From Ophelia neglecta (Eukaryota), in assembly GCA_965285935.1 (NCBI GenBank), contig OZ260662.1:29078001-29142000 (forward strand): a stretch of 64,000 nt of DNA. The letters are read 5' to 3'. Each line of letters begins with the position of its first letter. Position 1 is the stretch's first letter. A program made the translations under genes and the position numbers. Below are positions 1-13,462 of the stretch, one piece after another. Under the pieces are notes generated by a model. It was not told the DNA's origin, searched no databases, and saw only the letters and a list, made by a program, of their open reading frames with translations.

Positions 1-360
1 ATCTTCTTGGGTTAAGCCCCCAGGTTGGAATACATTTTAATTTAACCATACCTATGCATAGAAGAAAAGTTTGTATATACCATACCAATGTGCCTTCAGT
101 GGATCTCGAGTGCTTATCTTAATGCCATTTTGTTAAGTCTCCCGCACCATATAGGTAATCAATTTCAACAGCCTCTGTTTAATACTAACACTAATCTTTT
201 TATTTCAAAGACAATTCTTGTTTAAATTTTTGCCCCCCAAAATAAGAATTTATTTACTCAACTTGCAGAATTTTATTTCAGCCATGGTGTACACATACAT
301 AAAATTGTCTTGTTTATAGCCTGAAAATTCCGTAAAAAGATAAGACCTTGGTTAATGAAA

Positions 361-695
361 TAATTGTGACAAGGTGGTAGAGGGCTTTCACTAACTGTAG
401 CAAGGAGGTATGGGACTTAAATTAACTGTGACAAGGTGGTATGGGGTTTTCACAAACTGAGAAGGTGGTATGGGGTTTTCACTAACTGTGACAAGGGGGG
501 TATGGGGTTTCCACTAACTGTGACAAGGTGGTATGGGGCTTTCACTAACTGTGACGAGGTGGTATGGGGTTTTCCCTTACTGTGAAATGGTGGTTTGGGA
601 CTTAAATTAACTGTGACAAGGTGGAATGGGGCTACCACTAACCTTGACAAGGTGGTATTGGGTTTCACTAACTGTGCCAAGGTGCAAGGATGTCT
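361..695. repeat. Degenerate ~31-bp tandem repeat (TAACTGTGACAAGGTGGTATGGGGTTTTCAC), about 10 copies
   Basis: Unit starts are visible at 483, 515 and 546. Confidence 0.9.
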
Positions 696-1500
696 GTTAA
701 GATCACTAGTAACTTGAGTTCCAGGGAAAGTTAAGGCCATTAGTAACTTGAGTTCCAGGGAAAGTTAAGATCCCTAGTAACTTAATCCAGGGATTGTTAA
801 GATCCCTAGTAACTTGAGTTCCAGGGAATGTTAAGGCTATTAGTAACTTGAGTTCCAGGGAAAGTTAAGGCCACTAGTAACTTGAGTTCCAGGGAAAGTT
901 AAGGCCATTAGTAACTTGAGTTCCAGGGAAAGTTAAGGCCATTAGTAACTTGAGTTCCAGGGAAAGTTAAGGCCATTAGTAACTTGAGTTCCAGGGAAAG
1001 TTAAGATCCCTAGTAACTTAATCCAGGGATTGTTAAGATCCCTAGTAACTTGAGTTCCAGGGAATGTTAAGATCCCTAGTAACTTGAGTTCCAGGGAATG
1101 TTAAGATCCCTAGTAACTTGAGTTCCAGGGAAAGTTAAGGCCATTAGTAACTTGAGTTCCAGGGAAAGTTAAGGCCACTAGTAACTTGAGTTCCAGGGAA
1201 AGTTAAGGCCATTAGTAACTTGAGTTCCAGGGAAAGTTAAGGCCATTAGTAACTTGAGTTCCAGGGAAAGTTAAGGCCATTAGTAACTTGAGTTCCAGGG
1301 AAAGTTAAGATCCCTAGTAACTTAATCCAGGGAATGTTAAGATCCCTAGTAACTTGAGTTCCAGGGAATGTTAAGATCCCTAGTAACTTGAGTTCCAGGA
1401 AATGTTAAGATCCCTAGTAACCTGAGTTCCAGGGAATGTTAAGATCTCTAGTAACTTGAGTTCCAGCATATGTTAAGATCCCCATTATCTTGAGTTCCGG
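696..1500. repeat. 34-bp minisatellite (GTTAAG[GCCAT/ATCCC]TAGTAACTTGAGTTCCAGGGAA[A/T]), about 23 copies, with three sequence variants
   Basis: Period 34 (TTAAG at 731 and 765). A 32-bp variant with TAACTTAATCCAGG occurs three times. Confidence 0.95.
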
Positions 1501-3562
1501 AAATATCAAGGTCACCATGACTTAAGTTCTGGGATTTATTAAGTTCCATGTTTTTATTTATTTATATCTCCCAAAAAAGGTAAACAAAGCAACTTTTTAA
1601 AATTTATTTATGTCAAATATCATAAACAGTAAGTTTTTGTTGCCGGTGCTGTTATTACTTGTGGTTAGCTATCAGACTCCAGATTCTCTCTTATTTAGCA
1701 AATCTAATTTGTAACTTTGTTTTCATGTAAGAGAAACCTAACAATTGTGTGCTTTGTTTTAAGATTAACTTGTCTCAGACTAGATAGCTGTTATCAAGGT
1801 GGTGGAGACTTGCTTGAAATTTTATCCAATTTTTTTCATTTTTATCGTCTGCCTGGCCACCAGGTGCCAACATACATTCCTGTGATGGATCAACACCTGT
1901 CTTCTCTGGCCCTGCTGGCGACCTTCGACATCAAGTTCATTGTATAGGGAACAAAAATAGATTGAAAACTGATCAGCCTGATAAATGAAAAGATAAACCA
2001 ATGAGTTGTCTACTTTATACTGTTTATTCCATAACCTAGAGTCTAAAACTTTAAGGTTAAGATGGACCCCTGACTCACACTTGATCATATTAACTCTACA
2101 TAATGGTACACATATATAAGCCAATAGTGGAAATTGTGATTTCCAACCCTGTTGAAATACGTGTGCAGAAAGGACCATTTTGTCAGTAATGGCATCTGTA
2201 AAACCAATGTCAGTTTGTACTTCCATCTGATTGGATCCTGAAGAAAATTGCATTAGCAAGCTTTCCACTGGAGATATATGGCTTGTTCTGATATTTCCCA
2301 AACAGATTGGCAATCTCTTGCTTGGGAACCACAGCAATTGCTAGCAGTGGCTGGAGAACTGGTCTTCAGAAGGTTCTTAAAGAGATCCATGGAGATTGTT
2401 TAATGAATGCCACCTGGAGTTTGGTGGAGATTGAGTCACCTGCGGTGGCTCTCAGCTCCAAGGCTCTCAGTGCCCGAGGCTCTCAGGTCCTTAGAGCCAC
2501 CTGATAGCCGCCTGAGAGCCACCTAAGGGTGGACTGTGATCTACCTGGGATACTGGGACCAGGGAGGAGTGGGCTGCCTGCAGACTGCCCTTGGGCGGGA
2601 GCTAGGGGCTCAGCTCCATAGATACAGTTGTCTAGTTCATATCATAGTTTTCACCGGCCTATCAAGTGATAGAATGTATTTGCTGCTGGGTGAGTACTTG
2701 GAGTCTTGTTCCTCTTCCTGTCAGCTGTGGTCCTCTTGTCATGTTGGACAGACTAGACGTCTTGGTCCTCTCTTTGTGCCCAGTATTTACCTGTCTATGT
2801 TTGCTAGTCATACAAAGTGCCAGCAGACTCAAGTTACCTCTCACCTGATCGCTTTATACTACATGTCTACTGCCACTAAACATTCCTCATGCCCCTGATG
2901 CCTGTTTACTGACAAACCTATGTCAGCTCTCGGCCAAACTAAATTAAAGCTCCACAGGGAGAAACTAAATTGTTATAGATGTAGAGGATGAGATTGATTA
3001 GATGGGTTTGCTAGGCTTCATCTGGTCGTGACACCCAGCATCTCATTACTAGGTCTGTGTCTACATAAATGTGTGTGTACCGTACATGTGTACAACTTCT
3101 TTAATTAGGAATTGTCACAACCACCAGAGCTGTAGAGTTGAAATGTTGATTTTCCCTTTTCATGCCACTTGTGATATGGCATCATAATAGTGCTATGAAG
3201 TGATGATCAGACACAATTTAATATTTTTTCCTAAGTAAATTAATCACAATGCCTACCGAGAACACATTGTCTGATTTTAGGGTAATGAATGAGCTATGTC
3301 AAGTGAACCATATAGAGATACTTGTTATATACAATAAAATGAAGTTTTTTCCCTTTATAATCTTGCAGATTTCCTGGTACACAGCTGTCAGTACTCACAT
3401 TGCCATAGAAACTTGTACTACTGAGTTAGAATAATCCTGCTGACTAACAAACAACTACATAGAAAAGGCAGTTTAATAGGATGTACTCAGCTCAAAGTAT
3501 TTAATTTGTGTGTGTATTTCCCTTGTAATGTAAGTCTAACGTATTGTTTGTTTTGTTTTCAG

Positions 3563-4104
3563 GCTATCAGAGTTACCCGGTAGGACATGGGGTGGTGGCG
3601 CCTCCTGCTCCAGCTGCCGTCCCCGTCTCGGCTGCAGCCGTAGCCGCCGCCACGGCAGCCTCCATCGCACGATTCACTAGACAACCGGTCCCGCTTCCGC
3701 CGACCAATGGAACATTCCGCCCGAGTTTACCCCCAGGGACTACGACCGCAAATGGCCCGCTCACCCTGAGGCCTTGTTTCAATGGGACGGGCTCTCGAGG
3801 GCCTAGTCCTGGCTTCCACAACAGTAAACAGTTCAGACATGGCTTTCATAAGTCAGGGGGATTCCGGGCGATGAAAAGAAAACTCTCCGATGACGCCAAA
3901 TCTGATAGTGGTGATTCAAACGGCAAAGCTGACTCCACTTCTGGAGACTTCCAGCATCCTTTGTACTGTAAAATCTGTCGAGTGACATTGAACGCTCCGG
4001 CTCAGGCCAAACAACACTATGAGGGTAAAAATCATTCAAAGAAAGTCAAACTCTACATGGAAGGCAGCAGCAATAGTGAATCTAATGGAACTTCTGGAGA
4101 CCAG
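3563..4104 (+). CDS. ZMAT3: Internal coding exon A of a ZMAT3/Wig-1-like matrin-type zinc finger protein (ZMAT/ZNF385 family): Ala/Pro-rich region, basic NLS-like KRK motif, zinc finger 1
   Basis: Acceptor ttgttttgttttcAG (AG 3561-3562, phase 1) and donor CAG|GTAAGA (GT 4105-4106, phase 0). Encodes PLYCKICRVTLNAPAQAKQHYEGKNHSKKVK, a C-x2-C-x12-H-x5-H matrin-type finger that, from recall, closely resembles vertebrate ZMAT3 finger 1. Locally GC/CpG-richer than the flanks. Orthology (ZMAT3 vs ZNF385) is not proven. Confidence 0.9.
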
Positions 4105-4671
4105 GTAAGATAAAACAAAACTATATGATCAGAAATAAAGACACTTCTATGTAGTATTTATCAAGCAGTTTTATGTTGCTTTGACCTGGTTGAGTGAAAA
4201 TCAAAATTAAACTGAAAGGAACATGCAATAGGTGCAAATTTAAGATGCCAACAATGTACTGGGTGTGTTTGCTTTTCCATTGCTTGTGTCCACATGATGC
4301 TTTGTGTTTTCAAAGCAATACATTTACAGCTGTGTGTGGAGACCCGTTCTGTGACCCTCATCACTCTAGGTATAATACATGTCCTCTTGGTAACTGTAAA
4401 CCTCAAATGTAATCACATTTCTATCCAACAGAATGCCTGTCTTGGGTATATTTGTCATACTGGCGGTACCATGGTCATGGCTGTGAGACCTGTTCTGTCA
4501 TAGAGTTCCTCTTTTAAACACGTCAAATTGTAAATGAGTTCTGTAGAAACCACAGGAGATACCACAGGAGATAAGCAATGCTGAATAACGCTTTCTGGGA
4601 CAGAATCATTGAGAATTGTTGTTCTTTAAATATTCCTTGGGGAAATTAAGGTGATTCTTATTTATTTGTAC

Positions 4672-5266
4672 TATGTGGTACCATCTAGATGGGGTACCCT
4701 ATAGGCCTCTCTTATCTGATTATATGTGGTACCATCTAGATGGGGTACCCTATAGGCCTCTCTTATCTGATTATATGTGGTACCATCTAGATGGGGTACC
4801 CTATAGGCCTCTCTTATCTGATTATATGTGGTACCATCTAGATGGGGTACCCTATAGGCCTCTCTTATCTGATTATATGTGGTACCATCTAGATGGGGTA
4901 CCCTATAGGCCTCTCTAATCTGATTATATGTGGTACCATCTAGAAGGGGTACCCTATAGGCCTCTCTTATCTGAATATATGTGGTACCATCTAGATGGGG
5001 TACCCTATAGGCCTCTCTTATCTGATTATATGTGGTACCATCTAGATGGGGTACCCTATAGGCCTCTCTTATCTGATTATATGTGGTACCATCTAGATGG
5101 GGTACCCTATAGGCCTCTCTTATCTGATTATATGTGGTACCATCTAGATGGGGTACCCTATAGGCCTCTCTTATCTGATTATATTTGGTACCATCTAGAT
5201 GGGGTACCCTATAGGCCTCTCTTATCTGATTATATGTGGTACCATCTAGATGGGGTACCCTATAGA
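4672..5266. repeat. 51-bp palindrome-rich minisatellite, about 11.6 copies
   Basis: Unit TATGTGGTACCATCTAGATGGGGTACCCTATAGGCCTCTCTTATCTGATTA; gives the 17-aa periodicity in the ORF track. Confidence 0.97.
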
Positions 5267-8200
5267 CTTTTCTTGTTGGTGTGATAGGCTGCTGGGAATA
5301 TTTGTATTTCAGTTCATGTTTCATAAACTATTTTATTGAAGGTGAATAAATGTAGTTGCTTTTTTTTTTTTTTTTTTTTTTTACGTATGAGTATTTGTTA
5401 ATGTATTTTAGTGTCTTAATTGAGTTGGGGTGAGAGACCCTATAATGTAATCGTACCTGGGTCATGGCCATCAAGCAATTTAAGTGGGAGAAAAAGATGT
5501 TGGAAGAATTTTTTGTTACTAGGTGTGGTCCACGGGCTTGGTTAGCACCCACCTGTCCACTTTTATTACAGACTGTGATCATTGAATCACATTTTTTTGT
5601 GGTATCCTGGACATGCAATCTCAAGTTCAAGGCCTTGGCCAAATTTGAATGCACAACAGGGTTCCTCCTTATGTGAAGTCTTTAATTATCACCCACCTCT
5701 GTGTTGGGGATAGGGAATGGCATAGAACAATAAAGATTGTGCTTGCAGTCCCAGATTTGGGCAGATCAGGTTGGTGGTGCGTCTGTGAGACCAAGACTGA
5801 CGCCACACTGCTTGTTCTCTCTAATGGCTCACCCTTTCCTGCCTCAGGCCTTCTCTTCTCCAACTCAATTATCATCCATCCATTGTGGGTCCGTCTGCAG
5901 GCTGTTTTAAGCCATGACTAGTGATTTTGTACGTCTGTATACCACATAATGTCCCCAAGGATGTGTGTGGTCCCCCTACTACTCTGCAGTGCCACTGGAC
6001 CTCACTATAGGTCTACTCCTCTGCCTTTCGTGGCCTATATTTGGGCTGTTCCAGTTTATAGTCAGCACTCTGAGTGCTCTACAGGGATACCCCCTTTCAT
6101 CTTTATGACACCTTATCATACATGTAGAATATCGTACCATCTTTTGTTGACAAGACCTGACAACACCCATAACTTTGATGTATTGAGCCATTTTCAAAGA
6201 GGAGTAAGCTGTTTACTGGGGATACTATTAACACAGGTGTCAAGAACTGGACTTACTATCAATATATAACAGCCATATGTCAAAACTATCTAGGTGCTTA
6301 AAAATTTCAGATTACAAAATAACAATTATTTCTATATTGTGCATTGAAAATGTGTTCTTTGGTTAAAATAAGTCAAATATCCTAGAAATACAGTTGGCTA
6401 GCCGTTACTATAGTATCATGGCTTGGATTATGTTCATACATTTAACATTTGTCCATGGCTAACTAGGATACTAAAAGCCATTTTAACTGTACATCCGCGA
6501 CATACACACTATATCTATATGTACATATACCCACCCTCACTTGGCCAGCAATACATATTCAGAACTAATGAACACCCTGAGGTATGGTTCACCAAAATCA
6601 GTACTTAGTATGCAGTTGCAGTTTTCCCGTCTCCTTAAGGGCTGAACAACAACCCCTCGCCTCCATTGATTGGTCATTCTGAACTCCATCCTAGGTTGAC
6701 CAACCCCTCAAAAAATAGTTGAAAGCATTGAATAATAGATGATATCACATTTCTCATGTTCTATCATGGGAGAAATCTGTATACTCGTAATACCAACTGT
6801 CATGTTTCATCTGTCTAAAATGCTTTCATGTTCTACTTATTTATTTCATTGTGCCTTTTTCTGCCTTACTGAATATTTGCAACTCACAGAAACCATGGAA
6901 TGGGGGGGGGGGGGGACCATCATGTTTAAAAATGCTGAGAGGGAGCTTAATTTCCAAGATATTATCATGACCTAGAAATGTAGATCATCACTGTCTATAG
7001 GACCAAAGCACCTACAACTACTTGTACAGTTCAAAGTAACAACCTCGTAACCAGTTCACCTAACCTAAGGCTTGGTTGGGTCACCTTGAGCATTTACATC
7101 ATATCACAGGTACCTGTGACATCATATAGGGAAGAACCTCTCTGTGTATATAACTATATCAGGAAGCCAGACAACCGGTCACTATTATGTTGGGCTGCAT
7201 GTGTAGGAAAATTAACTGCAATTTATTTTTTCTAAATGGTGGAGAGTGGAGCCTGAATATTGCTTATTGACAAAGGTATGTACTTGGATAAGATATCAAC
7301 CAGTGTGAGGAGCCGTTTGGATGATGTGAAAAAAACAAACAAAAAAAGGCAGGAGGCCTGTGAAGATACTTGTTCTGATTTGAGTATTGATCTGTTTATG
7401 ATTCTTAACAGTTGATTGGTTGTTTTTGTATTTGCCCTTCACCATGTATAAAGTCCTATAACAGTCTCTAGGTGTGATTGTTCTCAAATACAACCAAACA
7501 CCAGTTGATTAGAGTGTCTTGTCTGTCCACTCCTAGAGAACACCTAACAGATATGATTAAAAACTTCATCATCATGATCATGCCCATGTATGTATTGGTT
7601 GGCTCAGCTTGGCCCCATCCCAGGGATATGAGCAGGGATATTAACATCTTTGCTCAATTTATCATTTTCAGAATAAATACAATCATTCCAACTCCTTTGG
7701 TATTTGTTCTGACACACTTGGCTACCAATTGGAAATGGGCATTTTTAAAGTGTGATAAATCCCACAGAATATGGTTTTCAAATTTAGATTTTTCCCCATG
7801 CTATAAGCACAGCGCCCTGGTTCGTGGTTTATGTGTTCAGGACTGGTGTGCAGTCATACTGGTTTAATAGGTTCTTGTTTCAAGTTTGATGCCCAGCGCG
7901 CGATGTAGGTGTCCCCATTTGGTCTATATATTACATCTCTATTACCAAAACTTCACTACCGCTAGCTTAGAGAAATTTGTCAGGAGTTCATGGCTTTACA
8001 CAAAATGTAAAACAGCAGTGTTCATAGGAGCCTTAGAGAAAATAATAAATTGTATGGAATGATAATATGATTGTCATTCAAGAATAAAACTAAATAAGTA
8101 AAGAATCCAATGACATCAACACAATTTGGTAGAAAGCTATTGTAATATTTTAAAAGATCCAAATAAAACCAAAGTAAAGCAAGAGTTGGAATGTATTTGA

Positions 8201-11200
8201 GTTTGCAATAATGAGTTTAATTGATAATCAGATATTATTAAGGAATTTTTAATCTACCTAATGCACAGAAATATTCAGTGGCCAACTATTTGAAGGTAGG
8301 TTCAGGGATCCAGGAGGAGATCCTGCTCAGCAGAGCTCAGAGCCTGAGTCTACCTGTATGGGAGTTCTTAGCATGTCCCAGGGAGGTGCAATGAACCACT
8401 ACCACTCAGAGAGGGACTTCCAGTGTGATGTCTCAGGAGGGTCAGTGGTCTAGGTAATGTGTTCTCTCCTCCTCTGACCCCCTCACTCCTCTCACTCCTC
8501 AAGTGAACTATCAGGCATGCCTGCTGCCCCATGACAGAGCCTGCTAAATCTGTGCTGGAGAGAATCAGGTAGGTCACACAGGAGGCCAGGGCAGCAGTCT
8601 GAGATCACTAGGGACAGGGCAAACTGGTTGGTGGCTTTTGTAGTGTGGTTTTCTTCCAAGACATATTTTCATGGTATTTAACAGGCCCCAACTAATCATT
8701 GCAGCTAAGAGTGACATACAATAATACTGTATTATATAAGCCTTATAAGGCAACATAGTATCAAGTGTTCTGTTTTTGGATGTTAATAGGTTCAGTAACA
8801 TCAGTCTGTTGATTTACATATTTATAGCCTACATGATGGTCCAATTAAGATGCATAACTTTACCAGACAGGATATTGTTAGAAAAGATAATATTATGTAT
8901 TGTGTTGTATTTATTCACAATATTTATTCGCAATACAACTAAATGGATCCTGTTGTTGTTATAACTAGGAATATGATGGTTTGTCCAGTGATATTCTGGG
9001 AGCCCATTTTAGTGGCATAGACCCATTGTTTTTCCAAATATCCTATTCACCCACAATGCAAGGGGACAATTTGACCAATTGAAGTGTCATCTTAATAGGG
9101 TTTTTCTTGGATATTTTACCATTTAGACCCATAAACATGCTATTACTGTAGCACACATTAGGACATTTCTCAATTTCATTTCAGAACCAGGTACATGTAC
9201 ATCCTTGCTTAGTTAAATCCATATTTAAATGCATATTTTACACCAGACAGGATCTTGTTAGGACAGACATGACAGCTGTCATCTTCTTCCCTCAGAGCCG
9301 CCTTTATTGTATCATAAATTTAGAAGCTGGTAAATTGTGGTGTGCCAGTAACTTGGAGGCTTGGTAGTCATCATCTGCCATTCTTATTGGCATCATTATG
9401 CCACAGCGGTTATAACCTGGTGAGCTAATGTTATCAGGGGTATAGTTGTACATGTTGATGTTGATGGAATACACTTGTCTCCTTGTACAATGTATATAGG
9501 AAAATCAGTGTGGCTCTAGGAATTCTTTTGGGGGAAACACATATCTAGACTGAAGCCTTCCAAAATGTAATATGTTTCCTTAAAAGTGTTTCCAGCAGGA
9601 ACTGCACACTTGAAACAAGCCAGGACGCCAAACAATAGCTAAGAGCCGTTTGGTGAAGCTGAAGTTACCAGCAATGGTTGACACCTTCAGACAATGGCAA
9701 CTGGAGTGTCAATATGCCATCTTTGTTTAGTGTGTTGGTTGTAATGTTTCTGAGGATGTTGATGTACACAATCTTTGAGGACCATGAGGAGAGTGGGTAA
9801 TGAGAGAGGGGACCCATCCTCAGATCCTCAAACAGTGTGCACCCTGCTCGGCTATCAGTTTTTAATACATCAACCATCATTTACCTCTGTCTAGTACCCT
9901 GATGGCAAGCAAGACAAAGCACTTCCTGGTGATTATACCAAAAACTGACTGCCTCTAAAGAGGCGGAATGAGATTCAGCACCTGGAGCTCTGTCAGATCA
10001 CATGTGGCTCAGGCCTTTAATGTAAGAATGAGTTGAGATTACTGTGTAGCCTGATAACTCCCTCCCGCCTCCGGCTCCTCTCAGCTGGCTACCAGCCCAC
10101 CTCCATACACAACATCAATAATTCATTAGTGGTCACCTCTGGTGAGTTGACTAATCATTTGGTAAACTTCTATAGGCCCTTGTACTGAGCTATGGATTAG
10201 GCCAAATTGTGGATCTCCAAAACTGGAGACAGCCATCACACTTATTGTATTCAGGTGTATCAGTCATTACTGGAGAGAGCTGTGTGGGGTATATTACACA
10301 GATTAATCAGAATAAAAACATTTATTAATAATTTTAATAAGGCTATCACTGGTGATGGATTGTGCAGATGCTGGTATCAATCTCAGAGATGGCAGTGTTT
10401 CCATCATGTTCATGTTGTGTTGTTGACTGGAAGCCTGTAGTGTCTTGTGGCCCCAGGAGGCTGCTGCCCCAAGAGGCTGCTGGCTCTGTGTCCTGTCCAC
10501 CAAAGAGAAGCAACAACCGAGAATATAGAGTGCGGTTAAGAGAAAAGAGACATCAAGTCTGCTTTCATTCTGTTGTCAGTAGCTGACAGTTTATCATTGT
10601 AATGAATGGTGGGATCAGATGCTTGTCTGTGGCTGGTTATGTCCACTGCCACTCTCTGGCACATTTGGCAGATCCTGCAAGCTCCCAGGATGTTGGGGTG
10701 AAAGGAGGAGATCAGTGCTGTCTCCTGAGCAATGGCTACCGGACACGAACCATACCTGACGGTATTGCCAGTGTAGGGGGGAGGATAGGGTGCTGCTATA
10801 GGCAGACCCAGCTCAAAGGCTTCGCAACAAGATAATTCAAACAAGTCTTAGAGTAGGCCAAGTGGAAGCAAAATCATGACACCTGGGACTTATTGCTTTC
10901 CACATGGCACAAGTTCATATTGACATGCTGCCCTCTCAGATTACATACCAGCCTTTAAAGAATATGAAGCTACAAATTAATTCCAAATCAGTGGAAGCTT
11001 TTTTTCATCAGAAGAGGGTGGCTCCTTTCCAATATTCCATTATGAATCTCAGCACTACCTTCAGAAATCATTTAACTTGCCTACAAGCAACCAAAGCAAT
11101 CCAAACCCAATCATCTATATCTCATTTGGGAATCTTATTTTTGGCTGGCCTTTATTGCATCTGTTGAACCCACTATCCTTCATATTAATACTGCAGGCAA

Positions 11201-12609
11201 TGTCACAGGCCAGCTTATACCATGCTACTCTCCGGGTTGCATGGAGGAGATTGGTCCAAGTTTTGGGACAAATTAATCTCCCGCTCCCTTGGCTGTTGTC
11301 TGCTTAGTTTTGTCGTAATCTTCCTGAAATGAGGTCAAGAGGTTAAGAAATTTTGCTCATCCTTTTTGATTAGCTAAAAGGCCCCAAGACAGATATTATT
11401 TAATCAATAGTTCAGCAGGTCTGAGTACCATGTTGGAGCGTTGTGGAGCCCTGTCAGGTCTCCTTTCTTCATCAGACAATACCTAATTGCTACTTGTGCT
11501 TCAGGACATTGTCTACATATTTGTTTTATGGCTGATGTGTCTTCCATAATGTCATAAGGTCTTTCAGGGAGGATTCCAAAACTGTTATAAAATGCATATC
11601 CTATCAACATTAATGGCCCTAAGTGATCAGTTTCCTCATTGGCTTGAACAATCCTTATTACACCTTGCCTTATATTTTTTTTTCAAATTGACATTTGAAG
11701 CCTAGGATTTACCGAGCATTCAACTAGAAGGAAGTCTCAGCATTTTTCTCCTGCTTGTCTACATTTATTTAAATCTATGCATCATCGCTTTTTCAATAAT
11801 ATGCCATCAGTTGTTACACAGTGCTACAAACTGAAGGACAAAAATAATAAAAACTCAACATGTTCTACAGATCTCCAAGGCACATTGCCATCTAATGTCG
11901 GCTGTTTACATTTAGTTCATATGACACCATAAGGATTGATAGCCTGCGTGAATTTTATGCCTGATAAGTTCTGAACAGTTTGGAACTAATTGGAGAGAAG
12001 AAGGATTACTCCTGTGGGAAGCAAATGTGCTTTTATTGGAGCAGTTCTTTTTCACACTAGAGTTTTTATACAACTGCCATAAAGATTTTGATTTGTGTAA
12101 ACCAGGATGATCTTGCTTCTGCCAGACAGGAAAGGCATTGCTGTTGATTTGAGTTTGTATAGTGTTAATTTTCCTTCATTGCCTAGCAAATTTAACTGTG
12201 GAAAAAGAAAACACCTTACAACTAATTTGCTGTGTAGTGAAAGTCATCTTGCTTTGTGTTGATTGGATGTCTTAATTTCCTTTTCCCCATTAGCTGTGTA
12301 ATAGAACTTTTGTCACTCCACATTAGCCACAATCACTACTGCCTTTAGGTGCTTGTTTTTGCTCACCAGAGACTACTCAGGCTCCGCAGTAATCTTGACC
12401 TGAGTTGCTGAGCAATTGAAGAAGGCATCCTGCCCATAGTTTATGTGTCCTGCTACCGGCCACTTCTCATTGGCATTGTGCCTTTGGGACATGCCTTTAT
12501 TGGCGAGTGTAACACTCCATTCATAACTGCCTAGGTGACTTGGGGTAATGATCTCTGCACATCCTGTCCTGACTACCTCTGTCACCCGTCACAACCGTCT
12601 TGGCCACTG

Positions 12610-13462
12610 GTCTCAGCCACCGGTCTCTGTCGCCAGTCCCTGCCACCAGTCTCTGCCACTAGTCTCTGCCACCTGCCACCGGTCTCTGCCACCAGTCTCT
12701 GCCACCAGTCTCTGCCGCTGGTCTAAGCCAACAGTGTCTGCCACCTGCCACCAGTCTCTGAGTCTCTGCCACCAGTCTCTGAGTCTCTGCCACATGTCTC
12801 TGCCACCAGTCTCTGACACCTGCCACCGGTCTCTGCCACCAGTCTCTGCCACCAGTCTCTGAGTCTCTGCCACAAGTCTCTGCCACAAGTCTCTGCCACC
12901 AGTCTCTGCCACCTGCCACCGGTCTCTGCCACCGGTCTCTGCCTCAAGTCTCTGCCACCAGTCTCTGAGTCTCTGCCACCAGTCTCTGCCACAAGTCTCT
13001 GCCACCTGCCACCGGTCTCTGCCACCAGTCTCTGCCACCAGTCTCTGCCACCAGTCTCTGCCACCAGTCTCTGAGTCTCTGCCACCAGTCTCTGCCACAA
13101 GTCTCTGCCACCTGCCACCGGTCTTTGCCACCAGTCTCTGCCACCAGTTTCTGAGTCTCTGCCACAAGTCTCTGCCACAAGTCTCTGCCACAAGTCTCTG
13201 CCACAAGTCTCTGAGTCTCTGCCACCAGTCTCTGCTGCTGGTCTCTGCCACCGGTCTCTGCCACCAGTCTCTGCCATCAGTCTCTGTCTCTAGTCTCTGC
13301 CACCTGCCACCAGTCTCTGAGTCTCTGCCACCAGTCTCTGCCACCAGTCTCTGCTACTGGTCTCTGCCACTGGCCTCTGCCACCTGCCACCAGTCTCTGA
13401 GTCTCTGCCACCAGTCTCCGAGTCTCTGAGTCTCTGTCACCAGTCTCTGCCACCAGTCTCTG
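12610..13462. repeat. Complex minisatellite built on the 13-bp unit AGTCTCTGCCACC, with shorter AGTCTCTG and TGCCACC sub-units
   Basis: Directly visible. Explains the cluster of repetitive ORFs at 12535-13465. Confidence 0.95.

Noticed and set aside
1822-2337. 171-aa - strand ORF
   Set aside because: No recognisable domain, intron-like composition and no splice support.
3345-3368. Strong-looking acceptor (tttttccctttataatcttgcAG) upstream of exon A
   Set aside because: No convincing coding frame or donor follows; treated as a decoy site.
4671-5324. 217-aa repetitive ORF (- strand) and its + strand counterparts
   Set aside because: A by-product of a 51-bp unit divisible by 3. One + strand copy has a stop, and there is no splice or domain evidence.
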